From positions 5,919 through 69,918 of the forward strand of contig DATBWZ010000039.1 in assembly GCA_036514535.1 (NCBI GenBank): a DNA stretch of 64,000 bases. Reading direction: 5' to 3'. The number at the start of each line of letters is the position of its first letter. Within the stretch, counting starts at the first letter, position 1. Positions 61,877 to 64,000 of the stretch are shown one piece after another. The translations under genes were made by a program, and so were the position numbers. This DNA comes from a bacterium. Lineage in GTDB: Bacteria; JAMCPX01; DATBWZ01. Below the pieces are notes generated by a model, which did not search any database, was not told where the DNA came from, and was given only the letters and a program-made list of their open reading frames with translations.

Positions 61877-62099
61877 ATTAGTATACAGATGGTATTCGGA
61901 ATCCGGACCTGCATTCATTGCTTCCAAAAGAGCTGTAGAGGAAGAATGCGGCATGAGCCGTGCCGAAGTGGAAAATTCTTTAAACTGGCTTATCGGGAAA
62001 GGGTTTATTGAGTTATGGCAAATGGGGGATTGCGTGCGGATAACAGAAAAGGGCATAACTTATTCAGAAAAAAAGAAAAGAATTGATAAAATTTCTTAA
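61848..62099 (+). CDS. Small hypothetical protein (83 aa), possibly a winged-helix DNA-binding protein. Overlaps the 3' end of ttcA in another frame.
   Basis: ORF only. Its helix-turn/beta-hairpin-like pattern is a weak call. Confidence 0.35.
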   Translation: MEKRSGKVLELVYRWYSESGPAFIASKRAVEEECGMSRAEVENSLNWLIGKGFIELWQMGDCVRITEKGITYSEKKKRIDKIS

Positions 62100-62150
62100 T
62101 TTTATAAAATATTATCAAATTTATTAAAATAAGAAGGAGAGGGGTGCGAA

Positions 62151-63953
62151 ATGAAATATGAATTTAAGAACCTGGGGCAGATGTTCTTTTCCCGCATGTC
62201 AAGATATACAGATAATCCTGCATTGCGCTATAAAAAAGACGGGCAGTGGGTTGATGTCACATGGAAAGAGGCGGGAGACAGCGTAAAAGCAATAGCCTCC
62301 GCCCTGCTGGCGATTGGGGTAAAAAGGGGAGACAAGATTTCAATCCAGTCTCAGTCGAGGTTAGAATGGGTGCTTTGTGACATAGGTGCGTTATCCATAG
62401 GGGCAATCACAGTTCCCATTTATCCATCTAACACGGCAGAACAGAGCGAATACATTATAAACGATTCCGAAGCAAAGGTTCTTATTGTTGAAAACCTTAT
62501 GCAATTGGATAAGATAAAGCAGATAAGACAAAAGATTCCCAATGTTATAAAAATAATCGTTATTAAGGAATTGACCAAGTCAGAAGATAAAACCATTAGC
62601 AGTCTTGATGAATTAATTAATCTTGGCAAGAGCGAACTTAAAAAGAACGACGAACAAATTAAAAAAATACTGGAAGAAATAAGCATAGAGGATGTTGCTA
62701 CCCTTGTATATACATCCGGTACCACCGGTTCGCCAAAGGGAGTTATCCAGACACACAAAAATCATATTGCTATGTCAACCAACCTTTATAAGGTGTATAG
62801 CCACAACCCGGGAGATATCAATCTTTTATTCCTGCCGCTTGCACATTCATTTGCAAGGGGAATAGAGTTTTTTGGAATATACTCTGGGACAGGTATTATG
62901 GCATTTGCCGAAAGCGTTGAGAAGATTGCTCAGAATCTTGTGGAGGTAAAGCCTCAGGTTATGGCAAGCGTTCCCAGAATATTTGAGAAGGTTTATCAGG
63001 CTGTGCTTTCCGGAGCGCAGGCTTCACCTGTTAAGAAAAAGATTTTTGATTGGGCGCTTGAAGTGGGAAAGCAGGTGAGCCGGCTGATCCAGAAAAAACA
63101 ACCTGTTCCGTTAGGTTTGAGAATAAAACGGTCAATTGCACACAAACTTGTTTTCTCTAAGCTGCACGCAAAACTCGGTGGCAGAATAAGATTCTTTATA
63201 TCCGGGGGTGCACCGCTTTCAAGGGATATAGCAGAATTTTTCCACGCTGCTGGGATTCTAATCCTTGAGGGGTATGGCTTAACAGAAACAGTCCCTGCCA
63301 CGCACATTAACAGGATTGACGGATACAAATTCGGAACAGTTGGACAGTTAATCCCAGGAGTTGAAGTGAAAATTGCGCCGGATGGCGAGATAATTGTCCG
63401 CGGCGACAACATCGCTACAAAGGGGTACTTCAAGAAACCGGAAGCAACAGCCGAATCCTTCACAGCTGATGGTTGGTTTAAGACCGGAGATATCGGGGAA
63501 ATAGATTCAGAAGGCTTCCTGAAAATAACGGACAGGAAGAAGGATATGATTAAGACTGCCGGCGGGAAATTTGTTGCGCCACAAAATATAGAAAATATCC
63601 TGAAGACGGACCCGTTTGTGAGCCAGGCAGTGGTTATAGGTGATCAGCGGCCATACTGTGTTGTCCTGATTGCGGTGAATAAAGAAGAGGCGGAGAAATT
63701 TGCTAAAGGGAACGGAATCCAATACAAAGATTATTCGGATCTTATAAAAAATCCGCAAATCAGGGAAAGGGTCAAACATACTATTGATGCAGTAAATTCA
63801 AAACTTGCAAGTTTTGAATCATTAAAGAAATTTGAGCTGCTTCCTCAGGATCTGACACAGGAAGGAGGAGAACTTACGCCTACACTTAAAGTAAAACGAA
63901 AGGTTATCATGCAGAAATACAATGAACTGGTAGATTCTATGTATAAAAATTAA
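62151..63953 (+). CDS. Long-chain fatty-acid--CoA ligase (AMP-binding family).
   Basis: AMP-binding motif YTSGTTGSPKGV. ...GYGLTET... Lys near the C-terminus. 600 aa. Confidence 0.9.
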   Translation: MKYEFKNLGQMFFSRMSRYTDNPALRYKKDGQWVDVTWKEAGDSVKAIASALLAIGVKRGDKISIQSQSRLEWVLCDIGALSIGAITVPIYPSNTAEQSEYIINDSEAKVLIVENLMQLDKIKQIRQKIPNVIKIIVIKELTKSEDKTISSLDELINLGKSELKKNDEQIKKILEEISIEDVATLVYTSGTTGSPKGVIQTHKNHIAMSTNLYKVYSHNPGDINLLFLPLAHSFARGIEFFGIYSGTGIMAFAESVEKIAQNLVEVKPQVMASVPRIFEKVYQAVLSGAQASPVKKKIFDWALEVGKQVSRLIQKKQPVPLGLRIKRSIAHKLVFSKLHAKLGGRIRFFISGGAPLSRDIAEFFHAAGILILEGYGLTETVPATHINRIDGYKFGTVGQLIPGVEVKIAPDGEIIVRGDNIATKGYFKKPEATAESFTADGWFKTGDIGEIDSEGFLKITDRKKDMIKTAGGKFVAPQNIENILKTDPFVSQAVVIGDQRPYCVVLIAVNKEEAEKFAKGNGIQYKDYSDLIKNPQIRERVKHTIDAVNSKLASFESLKKFELLPQDLTQEGGELTPTLKVKRKVIMQKYNELVDSMYKN

Positions 63954-64000
63954 CAGATAAAAAATCATTGTTTTGATATTATATTTTCCATGGAGGATTG

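Overview
This 64 kb window is a gene-dense, AT-rich (roughly 40% GC by eye) stretch of a diderm (Gram-negative-type) bacterial chromosome. It is overwhelmingly core/housekeeping: about 60 CDS and 2 tRNAs, many with 4-nt ATGA/TGA-ATG coupled overlaps. I read three main blocks. (1) Two giant TPR proteins, a LolB/DUF4292-like lipoprotein and a peptide-type ABC importer (substrate-binding protein plus two permeases, no ATPase), then pgi, a PNP/MTAP-family phosphorylase, a TonB-dependent receptor, ispD, ispF, cysS, two tandem FadL-like porins, aroD, ahcY and metK. (2) A long minus-strand block lptC-lptA-lptB-rpoN-hpf-ptsN-hprK-rapZ-EIIA(Man)-HPr-ptsI, the regulatory 'nitrogen PTS' arrangement, divergent from a KDO/lipid A block kdsB-pyrG-kdsA-kdsD-kdsC-lpxL-like, then a FecR-like protein, tRNA-Arg(CCG) and a PLD-family protein. 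(3) ftsH-folP-cdaA-cdaR-glmM-pdxJ-ndk-rlmN, a small nucleotidyltransferase-fold two-gene module on the opposite strand, a polytopic membrane protein, tRNA-Val(GAC), mutL-miaA-accA, a gspL/M/N-like trio, a secreted S8 subtilase with a Cys-containing C-terminal sorting-signal-like tail, ttcA, a small overlapping ORF and a fatty-acyl-CoA ligase. I found no CRISPR array, integrase, transposase or prophage. The gene order resembles Desulfobacterota/Nitrospirota-type genomes, but that is inference only. The parts that look least 'core', and where undescribed biology is most likely, are: the S8 protease tail next to a GspLMN-like trio; the nucleotidyltransferase plus small-ORF module wedged between rlmN and a membrane protein; the large uncharacterised lipoprotein after the ATPase-less ABC importer; the Zn-ribbon/TPR/acidic-repeat giant protein; and the N-terminal extensions on FolP and the TonB-dependent receptor. 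All product calls come from motifs I recognised by eye. Nothing was searched against a database.
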